A stretch of 64,000 nt of DNA from Limisphaerales bacterium (GTDB lineage: Bacteria; Verrucomicrobiota; Verrucomicrobiia; Limisphaerales; UBA11358), in NCBI GenBank assembly GCA_052140285.1, contig JBKQUF010000006.1, forward strand, positions 1,133 to 65,132. Reading direction: 5' to 3'. The notes under the pieces were generated by a model. That model was not told where the DNA came from. It did not search any database and saw only the letters and a list, made by a program, of their open reading frames with translations. Of the stretch, positions 33,305 through 43,327 are shown in pieces (the first letter of the stretch is position 1; every line of letters begins with the position of its first letter). A program made the position numbers and the translations under genes.

Positions 33305-35767
33305 TCAAAACTGCGCCGTAAGCCCGAAGTTAAAAAATGGCTGATAGGCCGGCGTGGTGAGGGTGCTCAACAGCGGCCAGGAAAAAAGGAATTGCGCCTG
33401 CCAATGTGGGCCGGCCGAAGCCGATAACCCGAAACCCGTTCCCCAAAGCGGCGTGCTGCCCTGGCGTCCCTGGGGATCAATCAAATCAACTCGGGCGTAG
33501 TCCATGTAGATTGAGCCGCGAATGGACAATGGAGTATTGCCACCAATCATCCCGACAGTGTGCCACGGCGTTTGTTGCTCCAAGGATAAGTGCCAGCCAT
33601 CGTCTCCAAACACTTCGCCTTCGTGGTAGCCCCGGACACTGTTCACCCCCCCCGCGCCGAATTGTTCGGTGCTGATCAGAGGTTCGCTGGCCCATTGACC
33701 GTCCAGGCGGAACAATGTTATCCAGTTGGTGTAAAACTCAATTTGTTGCGAGTAGCTGGGCTTGAGGATGAGCCAATAGCCGGTGGATTCGGAAGAGCCG
33801 GTGATGGATTGTAGGCTCTTGACACCGGAAAGGCTGGCGGGCGGGTTGGTGGAAGAACTGGAATAGGTGGTAGTGCTGGAATACCAGAGGTTGGCGCTCA
33901 TGCCCAGTCCAAAAGTGGCGGGTCCCATAAAATTGTTCAGGCTCGCGTTGAAGTTCAATTCCAAGGGCAGGTAGTCCATTACCGGTATGGTCGTGGGCGT
34001 TTGGAGGTCAACATGGCTGGTTCTTTCAATGAGCTGTCCCGAACTTCCGCCCGGGCCTCTGGTGTATTCGACAAATGTAAAAATGTTGGTCTGGTAATTC
34101 TCCTGCTCATAGACTTTGTAGTCCAGCCCCCCCGAGAGGGTGGGATGGAAACTGTTCACTTGGGGCAAGGGCTTGCTCAATTGAAAACCCACGTCTTCGT
34201 TGACCGTTATGCCCTCCTGCACCCTTTGCTCGCTTACTTCGCGCACATCCGGATAATTAAACAGGGTTTTGTTCAGGAGGGTTTCCAGCCCGGTGTCAAT
34301 GGTGGCGCGGGTCGCATACAGGGTCAAATCCGCCTGCCCGGAAGACGGGGGCACCCGGAATTGCCGCGTGGCTTCACTGTAACCAAAGCTGCCGGGGGAG
34401 GCCGCCACCGTGCTCGCAATCGCCTCCGGACTGCCCAGCGGGAGGCGATAGAATGCGCTGTAATAAGCGACTTCCGGCTGGTCATAAAAATCCCACTGAT
34501 TTCCCAGTTTGTAGAGTTCCGGCGAAAAGCCATATTGCAACCCCAGCGAGTTTTCATGTTGCCAGAGATTGTCATAAACGGCCGATCCGTTCACACGCAA
34601 GTCCGGCGTGCCGGGGGAACTCTGATTGTCCAGATCAACCTTCGCGTGGAGCGGCAGGCGGTCTTTGACGAGGAGATCAAGGTCGCTCGTGCCCGGCGTC
34701 GGGCCGGGGCCGATGACGGGATAGATTTGCCGGTTTTGGCTGGCATTGGCCCGGTTTAGCTCGGCATTGAAGATCGGGACGTTAAGCACCATGTTCGTGT
34801 GCAGGCTGGGCAAAGCGCGCATCACGTTGTTGGAACTGAAGTGGTGGTTGGCGGTAACAATAATGGCTACCAAACGGCCTTCCAACACTTGCAGTTTTAC
34901 GGTCGCATTGGTGATTGTCTGCGGTGGCAAATCCACCGTCACCGTTCCAAACCCGCGGTCGTGATACGCTTCGTCCAGTTGGATTGCCGCCGTTTTAATC
35001 CCCTCAATGCTGACATTGGTGCCGAAGGCGCCGTCAATGTTGGTGAGCGTCTGGCCGATGGCCCCCGGCGATAGCACGCTGTTGCCGCTGATGTCATAAT
35101 GTTCTACGTCAAACCGGGGACCGGCATTGGTGGAAACCACATGTATCCGGGTATCCTTCGCTTCGGCATCCAATTCGGCCGTCTCCCGGGCCAGGGCCGC
35201 GCGCGCGCGCGCCATCTCTTCGGGAGTGGCGGGCACGAACGGTCGGCTGATGGCCGGCGGAACGGCATTGGTGGTTTCAGACGGGATGGCATTGGTCGGG
35301 GCGGTGGACGGATTCAAGGCGAGCGCCGGGCCGTTGCCGGAACGAATATAGCTTTCGCCGGACACCATGATCTGGGAGATGGCCGATTGCGCCACATTGA
35401 AAGTAACGATGCCGTTGGTGGTTTGCTCCGGCACGAAGGCGATGCAGATCGCCGGATACCCTTGGTTGTGGTATTCCAATTGAAGGGCTGAAGCCGCTTT
35501 AACCATGTCCCCAACGTCTACATTCGTGCCAGTGTATTTGGAAAGCAGGGGGACCACGGTGTTGGTAGGCAGCAAAGGACTGCCCGCAACGACGTACTCT
35601 TGGACATTAAAGTAACGGGGAACAATGTTGCGCTCAATCGTGACCGACGACGGGACCGGAGAACTTGGAGAAGAAACCGGTTCCGCTCCAGCCGTTTCTG
35701 GTGTCAAGCTCTGCGCCCAACAAAGAAAAACTGGCAGCAGGCAAACTGCGCGGCTGGATCTGAGCAT
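33305..35767 (-). CDS. TpsB outer-membrane transporter (ShlB/FhaC/HecB family), enlarged, with an extra POTRA-like module
   Basis: Start MLRSSRAVCLLPVFLCWA at 35767. Two similar POTRA-like segments ('YFNVQEYVVAGSPLL...' and 'RFDVEHYDISGNSVL...'), then 'LQVLEGRLVAIIV', then a beta-barrel ending '...FNFGLTAQF'. Confidence 0.85.
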   Translation of the reverse strand: MLRSSRAVCLLPVFLCWAQSLTPETAGAEPVSSPSSPVPSSVTIERNIVPRYFNVQEYVVAGSPLLPTNTVVPLLSKYTGTNVDVGDMVKAASALQLEYHNQGYPAICIAFVPEQTTNGIVTFNVAQSAISQIMVSGESYIRSGNGPALALNPSTAPTNAIPSETTNAVPPAISRPFVPATPEEMARARAALARETAELDAEAKDTRIHVVSTNAGPRFDVEHYDISGNSVLSPGAIGQTLTNIDGAFGTNVSIEGIKTAAIQLDEAYHDRGFGTVTVDLPPQTITNATVKLQVLEGRLVAIIVTANHHFSSNNVMRALPSLHTNMVLNVPIFNAELNRANASQNRQIYPVIGPGPTPGTSDLDLLVKDRLPLHAKVDLDNQSSPGTPDLRVNGSAVYDNLWQHENSLGLQYGFSPELYKLGNQWDFYDQPEVAYYSAFYRLPLGSPEAIASTVAASPGSFGYSEATRQFRVPPSSGQADLTLYATRATIDTGLETLLNKTLFNYPDVREVSEQRVQEGITVNEDVGFQLSKPLPQVNSFHPTLSGGLDYKVYEQENYQTNIFTFVEYTRGPGGSSGQLIERTSHVDLQTPTTIPVMDYLPLELNFNASLNNFMGPATFGLGMSANLWYSSTTTYSSSSTNPPASLSGVKSLQSITGSSESTGYWLILKPSYSQQIEFYTNWITLFRLDGQWASEPLISTEQFGAGGVNSVRGYHEGEVFGDDGWHLSLEQQTPWHTVGMIGGNTPLSIRGSIYMDYARVDLIDPQGRQGSTPLWGTGFGLSASAGPHWQAQFLFSWPLLSTLTTPAYQPFFNFGLTAQF

Positions 35768-35871
35768 CAGGGAAAAATTCCTTCGCGCCCAGCCAACGGC
35801 GGACAGTCGGAAGGCGGGTGACCAAAAATTCACGTTTCTCAAGACTGGGCAACTTGTATTACAGGTTTTTG

Positions 35872-35892
35872 TCGGAATTGTGACAATCCCGA
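35872..35892. promoter_or_regulatory. imperfect palindrome TCGGAATTG-tga-CAATCCCGA in the tpsB/araC divergent region
   Basis: 9-bp arms with one mismatch, about 105 nt upstream of the tpsB start. Confidence 0.2.
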
Positions 35893-36311
35893 AACAAAAG
35901 GCATGGCGAAAGCGGCCTGAATCTGAAAACTCCGACCCAAACGACAGCGCCACCTCACGACAGGGGCGCCACCCCTCGCCATCCAGTAAGACTCCCCCTC
36001 CCATTCCAACGCGCCGTGCTCCTAAATTTTCACTTACGTTTCGGAACCGGCACGGGGTTGTAACGTGCGTCAATTAGGCTGGTGCTTCTATACGGGATAA
36101 ATGTGTGGATGAAACAGAGTTGTTTGAAGGCCGGACAAACACGTGTTTTGGACGCATTAGTTCGCGGGCGAGGGGAAGGAATTTTCAGCAACTCTTTGAC
36201 CGGAATACGAAGTGGTTTGGAGAAACAAGTTCATACCAGGTTGGCCGGACGGCAAGCGTCAGGATGGAACGCGGTTTAAATTTGTAACGATTTTTTTTGA
36301 TTGTGAATGTT

Positions 36312-37274
36312 ATGAAAAAAATGAAGCGTAATTATGAGCCTCATCTGTCCATTCGGGAATTTTCCGTGCCGCCCGGGGGGGAATGGTTGCCGGAATCACC
36401 CTGTTGGTCGCTGATCCAAGTCGGGCGCGGAACGGGCTATTTCCTGCAATCGGCCTCAAGGCAGGAGCTTGAAATCGGAACGGTTCTTATGATTGCGAAT
36501 CATCAGCATGGAAGTATTCGAGCCAGCCAGTTGGGCGGACTGGTGCTGTTTGCCTTTAATATAATACCGGGGCGCCTGACCAGCCTGGTCACACTGGAGG
36601 AACGGGATTTTCTCGAGTTGGCGGCGTCCCGAAAGGATTTTCCGCCCCGGATTTTTCCGCCGGGCAATCCGGTGGCCGTCAAAATGAAGGAACTGTGTGC
36701 CGATCGAAACCAGGCTGGTTTGTTGTTCCGGTTGAACTTGCTTCGTCTTTTTGTCGAAGTTTTCAGCGGTGAATTGCAGCAGGCCACTTCTCATTGGGAG
36801 ACCACCGATGCCCGGGAGCGGCTGCGTCTGCTGCTGCAGCGGACACCCATGGCGGAATTGTTGGAAATAAATTTCGACGAACTGGCGCGAATGACTCATT
36901 GCACCTCGCGCCATTTGGGCCGTATCTTCCACGATGTGGTGGGCATGTCATTCCGGGAAAAACGCACCGAAATCCGGCTGGCGCGGGCGCGTGAACTGCT
37001 GGCCACCAGCAAAACCAAAGTGGTGGAAGTGGCGCTCGAGAGCGGTTACAAATCTTTGAGCCTGTTTAATCTCATGTTCACCCGCCGTTTCGGGACCAGT
37101 CCCGCCAGATGGCGTCAGAAATACGCCGATTCCAACAAAGGAGACTTTGAAAACATCCAAAACCCCCGGCGCGATAATTTGCGTCCGGCGGAAAAAAGCA
37201 TGTTGGTCTTTCAAATGAATCCGCCTAAAACCCTGGTCGGCGGCAAAAAAGCCACCACAAGTGTGTCCGTATGA
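36312..37274 (+). CDS. AraC/XylS-family transcriptional regulator
   Basis: C-terminal dual HTH 'ELARMTHCTSRHLGRIFHDVVGMSFREKRTEIRLARARELL...VALESGYKSLSLFNLMFTRRFGTSPARWR'. ATG at 36312 preferred over TTG at 36297. Confidence 0.85.
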   Translation: MKKMKRNYEPHLSIREFSVPPGGEWLPESPCWSLIQVGRGTGYFLQSASRQELEIGTVLMIANHQHGSIRASQLGGLVLFAFNIIPGRLTSLVTLEERDFLELAASRKDFPPRIFPPGNPVAVKMKELCADRNQAGLLFRLNLLRLFVEVFSGELQQATSHWETTDARERLRLLLQRTPMAELLEINFDELARMTHCTSRHLGRIFHDVVGMSFREKRTEIRLARARELLATSKTKVVEVALESGYKSLSLFNLMFTRRFGTSPARWRQKYADSNKGDFENIQNPRRDNLRPAEKSMLVFQMNPPKTLVGGKKATTSVSV

Positions 37275-37338
37275 AATGGCAGACGCAATTCAGTGACGGT
37301 ACGCGGCGTTTTGAGGTAAATTGAAGTAAATTGCACCT

Positions 37339-38754
37339 ATGCTTGCCAACCGTTCCATGGGATTCCACAGTTTCCTCCTCATCCTGCTCTTGGGGATGGT
37401 TACCGTCAGTTTTTGGGGGTGGCTTTTCTTCTGGCAAAATTCGCTTTTTTTGGACAATGCCACGCTGGAAAAGTATTCTTTATACAATGAATTTTTACTG
37501 ATCGGGGTGGTGTTGGGCGTGCGCGGCAAACGGCCCTTGCAAGGTGCGCAACACGAATTTATCGATGCGGTGCGGCGGAGCGCGCGGCAGGCGGTTTTGG
37601 GGTTGTTTGGTGTTTTGCTATTGGTCTTCGCCTTGCACGACACGTTCGTTTCCCGTTCTTTTATCTTAAGCTATATTCCCTGTTTTGGACTGGCTCTGTT
37701 TTTCTCCAATTACATGATGCCAAAATGGTTGAGCCGGCTCAGCTTCTCCGGCAACCGGGTGGAACGGGTGGCCCTGGCCGGGACGGCAGAGCAGGCTGAT
37801 AAAATTAAACCATGGATCGAGCGTAAACGCATCATCGGCCTGAACCTTGTTGGGGTCATTTCCCCTCTGCCGGCGCCCGAACATCATGGCAATGGCAGCA
37901 ACGGAACGTTTCGGGTGCTCGGCACTCTGGATGAAGCAAACCTGATTTTGAAGAAAGAGTCCATTACCCAACTGATTGTGTTGGACCTCTCCATGGGAAC
38001 GGAACGAATCCGAAACCTGACCAAATTGTGCGAGGACGCGGCCGTCCGCCTGTTGGCGATTGATGGCCTCGACCGATACTTCAGCCACGCCACCATGATT
38101 TTTGAGGATGATGGCATGCGGATGATCGGGCTGCGCGAAGAACCTCTCGAAAGTCCCATAAACCGGTTTGTCAAACGCGCCGTTGATCTGGCCATTGCCA
38201 CGCCGGTGGTGTTTTTTTTGCTGCCTTTCGTTACGGCCATGGTCTGGTTGTTCCAACGCCTGCAATCCTCACCGGGACCCGTCCTCTTCCGTCAGGAGCG
38301 TGTCGGCATGATGGGCCAGGCTTTTATGATGTTCAAATACCGAACCATGCACCTGAACCACGGGGACGAATCAAAACAGGCTTCCAAAAACGATCAACGC
38401 ATTTATCCCTTTGGACGGTGGTTGAGACGGTTGAGCATCGATGAATTGCCTCAATTCATCAATGTCCTCAAGGGCGATATGAGTGTTATCGGCCCACGCC
38501 CTCATCTGCAAGTGCATGAAGAAATCTGGATTCGGGTGATGAGCCGTTATGTGATCCGCCGCTTCATTCGACCGGGAATCACCGGCTATGCCCAAATAAA
38601 AGGTTATCGCGGAGAAGTTCGCAGTTCGTCGGATGTGCAGAAACGAGTGGAAATGGACATTTATTACCTCGAAAACTGGTCGTTAAGCCTTGATTGTCTC
38701 ATCTTGTTGAAAACAGTCAAACAATGCCTCCGTCCCCCTCCCAGCGCTTACTGA
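37339..38754 (+). CDS. initiating polyprenyl-phosphate glycosylphosphotransferase (WbaP/WcaJ/EpsB-type bacterial sugar transferase)
   Basis: N-terminal TM helices. C-terminal 'PGPVLFRQERVGMMGQAFMMFKYRTM' and 'DELPQFINVLKGDMSVIGPRP'. Confidence 0.9.
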   Translation: MLANRSMGFHSFLLILLLGMVTVSFWGWLFFWQNSLFLDNATLEKYSLYNEFLLIGVVLGVRGKRPLQGAQHEFIDAVRRSARQAVLGLFGVLLLVFALHDTFVSRSFILSYIPCFGLALFFSNYMMPKWLSRLSFSGNRVERVALAGTAEQADKIKPWIERKRIIGLNLVGVISPLPAPEHHGNGSNGTFRVLGTLDEANLILKKESITQLIVLDLSMGTERIRNLTKLCEDAAVRLLAIDGLDRYFSHATMIFEDDGMRMIGLREEPLESPINRFVKRAVDLAIATPVVFFLLPFVTAMVWLFQRLQSSPGPVLFRQERVGMMGQAFMMFKYRTMHLNHGDESKQASKNDQRIYPFGRWLRRLSIDELPQFINVLKGDMSVIGPRPHLQVHEEIWIRVMSRYVIRRFIRPGITGYAQIKGYRGEVRSSSDVQKRVEMDIYYLENWSLSLDCLILLKTVKQCLRPPPSAY

Positions 38755-39001
38755 TTTTGAAGGATTGAGGGGAAAATTCACGGTTTTGCAACCTCATCGT
38801 CGCCAGATTGACACAAGACCAAGACATGTTCTCACCCCCATTTTGCATCGGCTGGCAATCCCGACAATCCGGCGTGATGAAATAGGAATCTGGGTTGGTC
38901 CCCAAGCGGTCTTGTGACCACGGAAAACATTGATATGGGCGCGAAAATGGCATTGTCTTGCGATTGCAACCAATAGCCAGGGGCGGTAGCTTGTTCTTAA
39001 C

Positions 39002-41119
39002 GTGACTGAAAAAACAATAGTCCTTCCGCCGCCTTCGCCGGGAAACGGCCATCATGCCCAATACCAACTCTCGGTGATGGTGCCGAAGCGCCGGTACCTG
39101 GCTTATCTTCGCGAGCGATGGTGGGTGGTATTGGCCTGCGTGGCGGTGGCGGTGGGTGTGGTGATGACTTACCAAACCTTCGCTCCGCCAACTTATGATT
39201 CCTACGCCCAGCTTTACCTGACAATGGGGCCTCAAATCGGGCCCAGTATCTTTGGCGAGGTAAAGGACGATTACGCAACCCAAATCGAACTGCTGCAGGG
39301 GAACCATTTGCGGCAGGCCGCCCTGGCGGATTTAGGACCGGCCACAGCTTCAGCGTACAAGTCAATCAAGCTTAATGTCGTCAGGCCGATGGAAACCTCC
39401 ATTCTGCAATTGCGCGCCTCCGCCTCCGACCCCGTGCTGGCCCAGCAATTTCTCCAGGCGCTGATCAAGGAATATCTTGCGTTCAAGGATGCCACCCGCC
39501 TCTCGACGACTGAAGACGTCCTAGGCACCCTGACCGCGGAGCTTTCCAAGTCCGAAAAAGGACTCCAAGCCGATCAGGACAAGTTGGCCGCCTTCCAGAA
39601 AACCAACAATGTCACCTTGCTCCAAGACGAGAACAACAGCGCGGCAACGTTTCTGGCAGACCAAAATGTCCGACTGGCCAACCTCAAGCAGGACGAGGAA
39701 TTGTTGCGGTTGGGTCTTGCCCCCGCCACGCCCGTCTGGTCCACGAATGCGGTGGCAACGAACCTTGCCGTCTCGTTGGAAGGCGGCGGGACGGACACCA
39801 ACTATGCCGCACTGGCTACCACTGACGACGAGCTTAAATCGGAGCGGGTTGGACTGATGTTGACGCAGGACAAACTCGCCCAAGTCCTCACCAACGGTCC
39901 CCAGTATAAGGTCAAGCCGCTCCAAGACCAAGTGGCCCAGATCAAACAGGACGTGGCGGCGCTGGAGGATGTGGATGCCGTGCAACGAAAGGCCGAATTG
40001 CAGGAAACCGAAGAACGCATCGCCGCCATCACCAATGCCATTCCCGCCTGGGAGGCCAATGTGGCCGATAGCGGCAACCGTTTGTCCCAAAGCCAGGGAC
40101 TCCAGGACGACATTCATCGGCAGGAAGCCTTCTATGACCAGTTGCTGTCGATGTTGCAGAATGTGGACTTGAATAAAAATATGCAGGAAGAACGGGTCAC
40201 CCTGCTGGACCCTCCGAGCCAGGGACAACCGCCGCAAGTCAGCCTGCCGCTCCTCATTTTTTTGGCCGGGGTCTTGGGGCTCGTCGCCAGCCTGGGGATT
40301 GTCTTCCTCTGGTATCTTCTGGATGACCGGTTTGTTTCTGTCCGCGACATCCAGGATCAATTTGGCGAAGCAGTCCTTGGCTTGGTGCCGCGAATCAAGA
40401 TTCCGCGGGCCAGTCCCAAAATTGCCCTGCTCCAGGATGCCGACCCGCGCCAGGCCTATTGGGAATCCTACCGGCACTTGCGCTCCGCCCTGCTGTTGTC
40501 CGAGTTGGGCGAAGGCCGTCCGCAAACCATCCTGCTCACCAGTGCCATGCCGGGTGAAGGCAAGACCACTGTGGCCGTTAATCTCGCCAGCATTCTCGCG
40601 CGTAGCGGACTTCGCGTCACTTTGATTGATGCGGACCCTCATGGCGGAGGCATTCACCAGTTTTTGGGCAGGCCTGGGCAATCCGGTCTGCTGGACTACT
40701 TGCGTGGAGAAGCCGACATCAAATCCATTATCGAGCCTGGCGAGATTCCCGGATTGAGCCTGATTGGCGCTGGCACCCACCAGGAACACGCCGAGGGACT
40801 GCTTTTGCGCCCGGAAATGGCAACCCTCCTCGCGGAGATGCGCAAAAACAACGATTACGTGATTTTGGATGGCGCTCCCGTTCTGGCGGCGGATGACGCG
40901 GCCCTGCTGGTTCCGCACACGGATGCGGTGGTGTTGGTGGTGCGTCCGTTCTATGCCCGTTCCCGGATGGTGCGTCAGACCTTGGAAATGTTATATCAAA
41001 GACAGGCCAAACAGGTCGCCATCATCTTTAATCAAGCCCGGCCCGACGATTTGGCGGGGCAGCATTATTACGGCCGAAATGGAAAAAGCCGGATCGCTCA
41101 AGCCGCTGCCACAAAGTAG
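39002..41119 (+). CDS. polysaccharide co-polymerase / BY-kinase (Wzc-like, PCP-2a)
   Basis: Two TM helices flank a long coiled periplasmic region. C-terminal Walker A 'SAMPGEGKTTVAVNLA', A' 'VTLIDAD', and B 'DYVILDGAPV'. GTG start. Confidence 0.85.
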   Translation: MTEKTIVLPPPSPGNGHHAQYQLSVMVPKRRYLAYLRERWWVVLACVAVAVGVVMTYQTFAPPTYDSYAQLYLTMGPQIGPSIFGEVKDDYATQIELLQGNHLRQAALADLGPATASAYKSIKLNVVRPMETSILQLRASASDPVLAQQFLQALIKEYLAFKDATRLSTTEDVLGTLTAELSKSEKGLQADQDKLAAFQKTNNVTLLQDENNSAATFLADQNVRLANLKQDEELLRLGLAPATPVWSTNAVATNLAVSLEGGGTDTNYAALATTDDELKSERVGLMLTQDKLAQVLTNGPQYKVKPLQDQVAQIKQDVAALEDVDAVQRKAELQETEERIAAITNAIPAWEANVADSGNRLSQSQGLQDDIHRQEAFYDQLLSMLQNVDLNKNMQEERVTLLDPPSQGQPPQVSLPLLIFLAGVLGLVASLGIVFLWYLLDDRFVSVRDIQDQFGEAVLGLVPRIKIPRASPKIALLQDADPRQAYWESYRHLRSALLLSELGEGRPQTILLTSAMPGEGKTTVAVNLASILARSGLRVTLIDADPHGGGIHQFLGRPGQSGLLDYLRGEADIKSIIEPGEIPGLSLIGAGTHQEHAEGLLLRPEMATLLAEMRKNNDYVILDGAPVLAADDAALLVPHTDAVVLVVRPFYARSRMVRQTLEMLYQRQAKQVAIIFNQARPDDLAGQHYYGRNGKSRIAQAAATK

Positions 41120-41219
41120 CAGACGTTAAACTGGCACCTAAGTTGCTGATTTTCCGCTTAATTCAATGTATTTCAACCTGATTCAAAGGAGCGGCCTCCA
41201 GTTAAAAAGCGAGATATAA

Positions 41220-43091
41220 ATGAAAAGGGCAATATCCACGATGCTTTGGGTCTTGGCAGTTTCGTTTGGCTTGCTGTTTCCCAGCCGGGTTCAGGCGTCC
41301 GTTTTGAACGTCACAGATTTTGGAGCGCGCGGTGATGCCGTCCAAACCCTGGCCATGACTGTCAGCAATTCGACGCAGATTTCCGTGGAAACAACAAACC
41401 AATTCTCGACTGCTGATGTCGGCAAACTCGTTGAATTATTTGGTGTGGGGGCAGTTACTTCAGGCACCAATAGGCAGGATTTGATCGCCTACATCCAGTC
41501 CGTGGCCAATGGCACCAATTTGACCATTTCCGCGCCGGCAAGCCAGACAGCCACCCAGGTAAGTTGCACCATTGGCACCCAAAATGCCACGGCCTTTCAA
41601 AACTGCGTGAATGCCTGCCAGGGCAGCAACGCTGTCATCATGATCCCCGCCGGTTGTTATTTGCTGGTTCCGCCGCAGGTCCTTGAATCCAACTTTGTCA
41701 TGAGCAGTGCAACCACATTGTGTCTCGCCGTTTCCATCAGCAAAGGTGGCATTACATTTCAAGGCGACACCCCCGGCGACACGGTTTTGCTGGGCAACGG
41801 GGCTTGGGTGTTGAACAACGGATCCGCGCTGCGCGGCGTGTTGTTTGGATGCGTCGGGCCGGTCACCAATAATGTTGCCGCCCCGCTGGTGTTTGAAAAT
41901 CTTACGTTTAACGGGGGCGTCCAGATCGGCAATGAAAATTTAGGCTCCGGACCGGCCAGCCCGGTGGATGGTACGGGATGGGACAATACCCATGATGCCG
42001 TGGTTGACATGGGCAACCCGCCTTTCCACGCCAACCAGCAATTTCTCAACTGCTGGTTTGCGCATTGGCGGGGAGAGATACTAAAAAGCGTGGTTTCCTT
42101 GAATAATGGCTTCATCGGGGTAACCAACTGCGCTTTTTGGGATGGTGATGCTTCTGCATTTAATTTCAATTGGACCCCGCATGTTATCAACAGTTGTCTA
42201 TTCTCCAATCTGAACATGGCCATGGAGTATTACGTCGGCACGATGCAGACCAATTCGTATTTTGAAAACTGCGTCATCACCAACACCCGGATTGCCATCG
42301 TTCTGGTGGGAGCCTTGTCGAATTATCCGCCTCCGTTCTACAGCATCATCAGCAACACCATTTCGGCGTCGAAATATGACATTTGCCTGGGGCCGTCCCG
42401 GAATGTGCAAATCACCGGAAATACCTTTCAGGGAGGGGGGATTGGAGTGGCCACGGATGGCTATGCCTACCAGGGAACTGATTTCAACGGGAATATTACC
42501 GTTGAGAACAACCAGTTCAATGACACCGCTTATCCTGTGGGAATTTGCGGCGCTGGAGTGGACCGTATGGTGAATATGACGGTGAAAAGCAACACGGCTT
42601 GGGGTTGCAGCAGCTTTGCCACCGGCTATGGCTGGAGTTCAAACGTCTGGTTTTCCCAAAACAGTTCCCTCTTGCCGTCTCCCAACCAATCTGGCTGCCT
42701 TGACAGCTCCTCGTTGGTGGGCCAATGGTTTATTGACGATGGTTCCAATGACTTTTTACCCAGATCGGACAATACGTACCCCGGCGGGTTGACCAATACA
42801 GTTTCCTACGCATACGGCGTACATCATCAGCTTGGCGTCGGCGACTCGCAAAGCGTCTATCTGTTGGACACCAGCCTTCCGCAAAGCATCCCGCCGGGGG
42901 CCGAATTGATGATCACCAACGCGAGCGTGTATCCGGTCACGTTGTATTACACCAGTTCAACGCCATTTGGCAACGGTTTGGCGATGGTTGCAGGAGCTTC
43001 CATTGCCTGTGAATGGACGAATAATGCATGGCAACTGGTCCAGTCGCCTTTGATAAGCCCTCCCAGCGGTTTGCGAATCTCATCACCCTGA
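41220..43091 (+). CDS. secreted right-handed beta-helix protein (pectate-lyase-superfamily glycanase-like)
   Basis: Signal peptide. 'VLNVTDFGARGDAVQ' is an N-terminal motif typical of Pectate_lyase_3/GH28-like proteins. Repeated beta-helix turns such as 'ITGNTFQGGGIGVA' and 'ITVENNQFNDT'. Confidence 0.65.
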   Translation: MKRAISTMLWVLAVSFGLLFPSRVQASVLNVTDFGARGDAVQTLAMTVSNSTQISVETTNQFSTADVGKLVELFGVGAVTSGTNRQDLIAYIQSVANGTNLTISAPASQTATQVSCTIGTQNATAFQNCVNACQGSNAVIMIPAGCYLLVPPQVLESNFVMSSATTLCLAVSISKGGITFQGDTPGDTVLLGNGAWVLNNGSALRGVLFGCVGPVTNNVAAPLVFENLTFNGGVQIGNENLGSGPASPVDGTGWDNTHDAVVDMGNPPFHANQQFLNCWFAHWRGEILKSVVSLNNGFIGVTNCAFWDGDASAFNFNWTPHVINSCLFSNLNMAMEYYVGTMQTNSYFENCVITNTRIAIVLVGALSNYPPPFYSIISNTISASKYDICLGPSRNVQITGNTFQGGGIGVATDGYAYQGTDFNGNITVENNQFNDTAYPVGICGAGVDRMVNMTVKSNTAWGCSSFATGYGWSSNVWFSQNSSLLPSPNQSGCLDSSSLVGQWFIDDGSNDFLPRSDNTYPGGLTNTVSYAYGVHHQLGVGDSQSVYLLDTSLPQSIPPGAELMITNASVYPVTLYYTSSTPFGNGLAMVAGASIACEWTNNAWQLVQSPLISPPSGLRISSP

Positions 43092-43096
43092 GATAT

Positions 43097-43242
43097 GTAG
43101 CGTCAGGCATCCTGCCTGACGTAGAGCCGGCGCTTCCAGCCCGGCGGACCCGGCACTGAAATTGGAGAACCATGGAAAATCAAGCGTTAATCCGGGCGGC
43201 AAGATGCTGCCCTCTCCGGCAGACAGGATGTCCGCCGCTACG
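43097..43242. repeat. REP-like element family C
   Basis: 'gtagcgtcaggcatcctgcctgacgtag', 'gccggcgcttccagcccggc' and 'cggcagacaggatgtccgccgctac'. Opposite orientation to the 25316 copy. Confidence 0.7.
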
Positions 43243-43327
43243 ATCCAGGCGCAGTTTGTTTTTTTCAGACACGCTCTTGGGGACATCATCATTGGAACAA
43301 TCACCCCGATTTAACCACCCTCATCTC

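Noticed and set aside
39521-40918. 465-aa minus-strand ORF opposite the Wzc-like gene
   Set aside because: It has no recognisable motif, while the plus-strand frame carries the Walker A/A'/B motifs and the PCP architecture.
41220-43091. Considered whether the beta-helix protein is a phage tailspike marking a prophage
   Set aside because: It has a Sec-type signal peptide, there are no phage structural, integrase or lysis genes nearby, and it is embedded in the EPS operon. An EPS-processing glycanase is the simpler reading.
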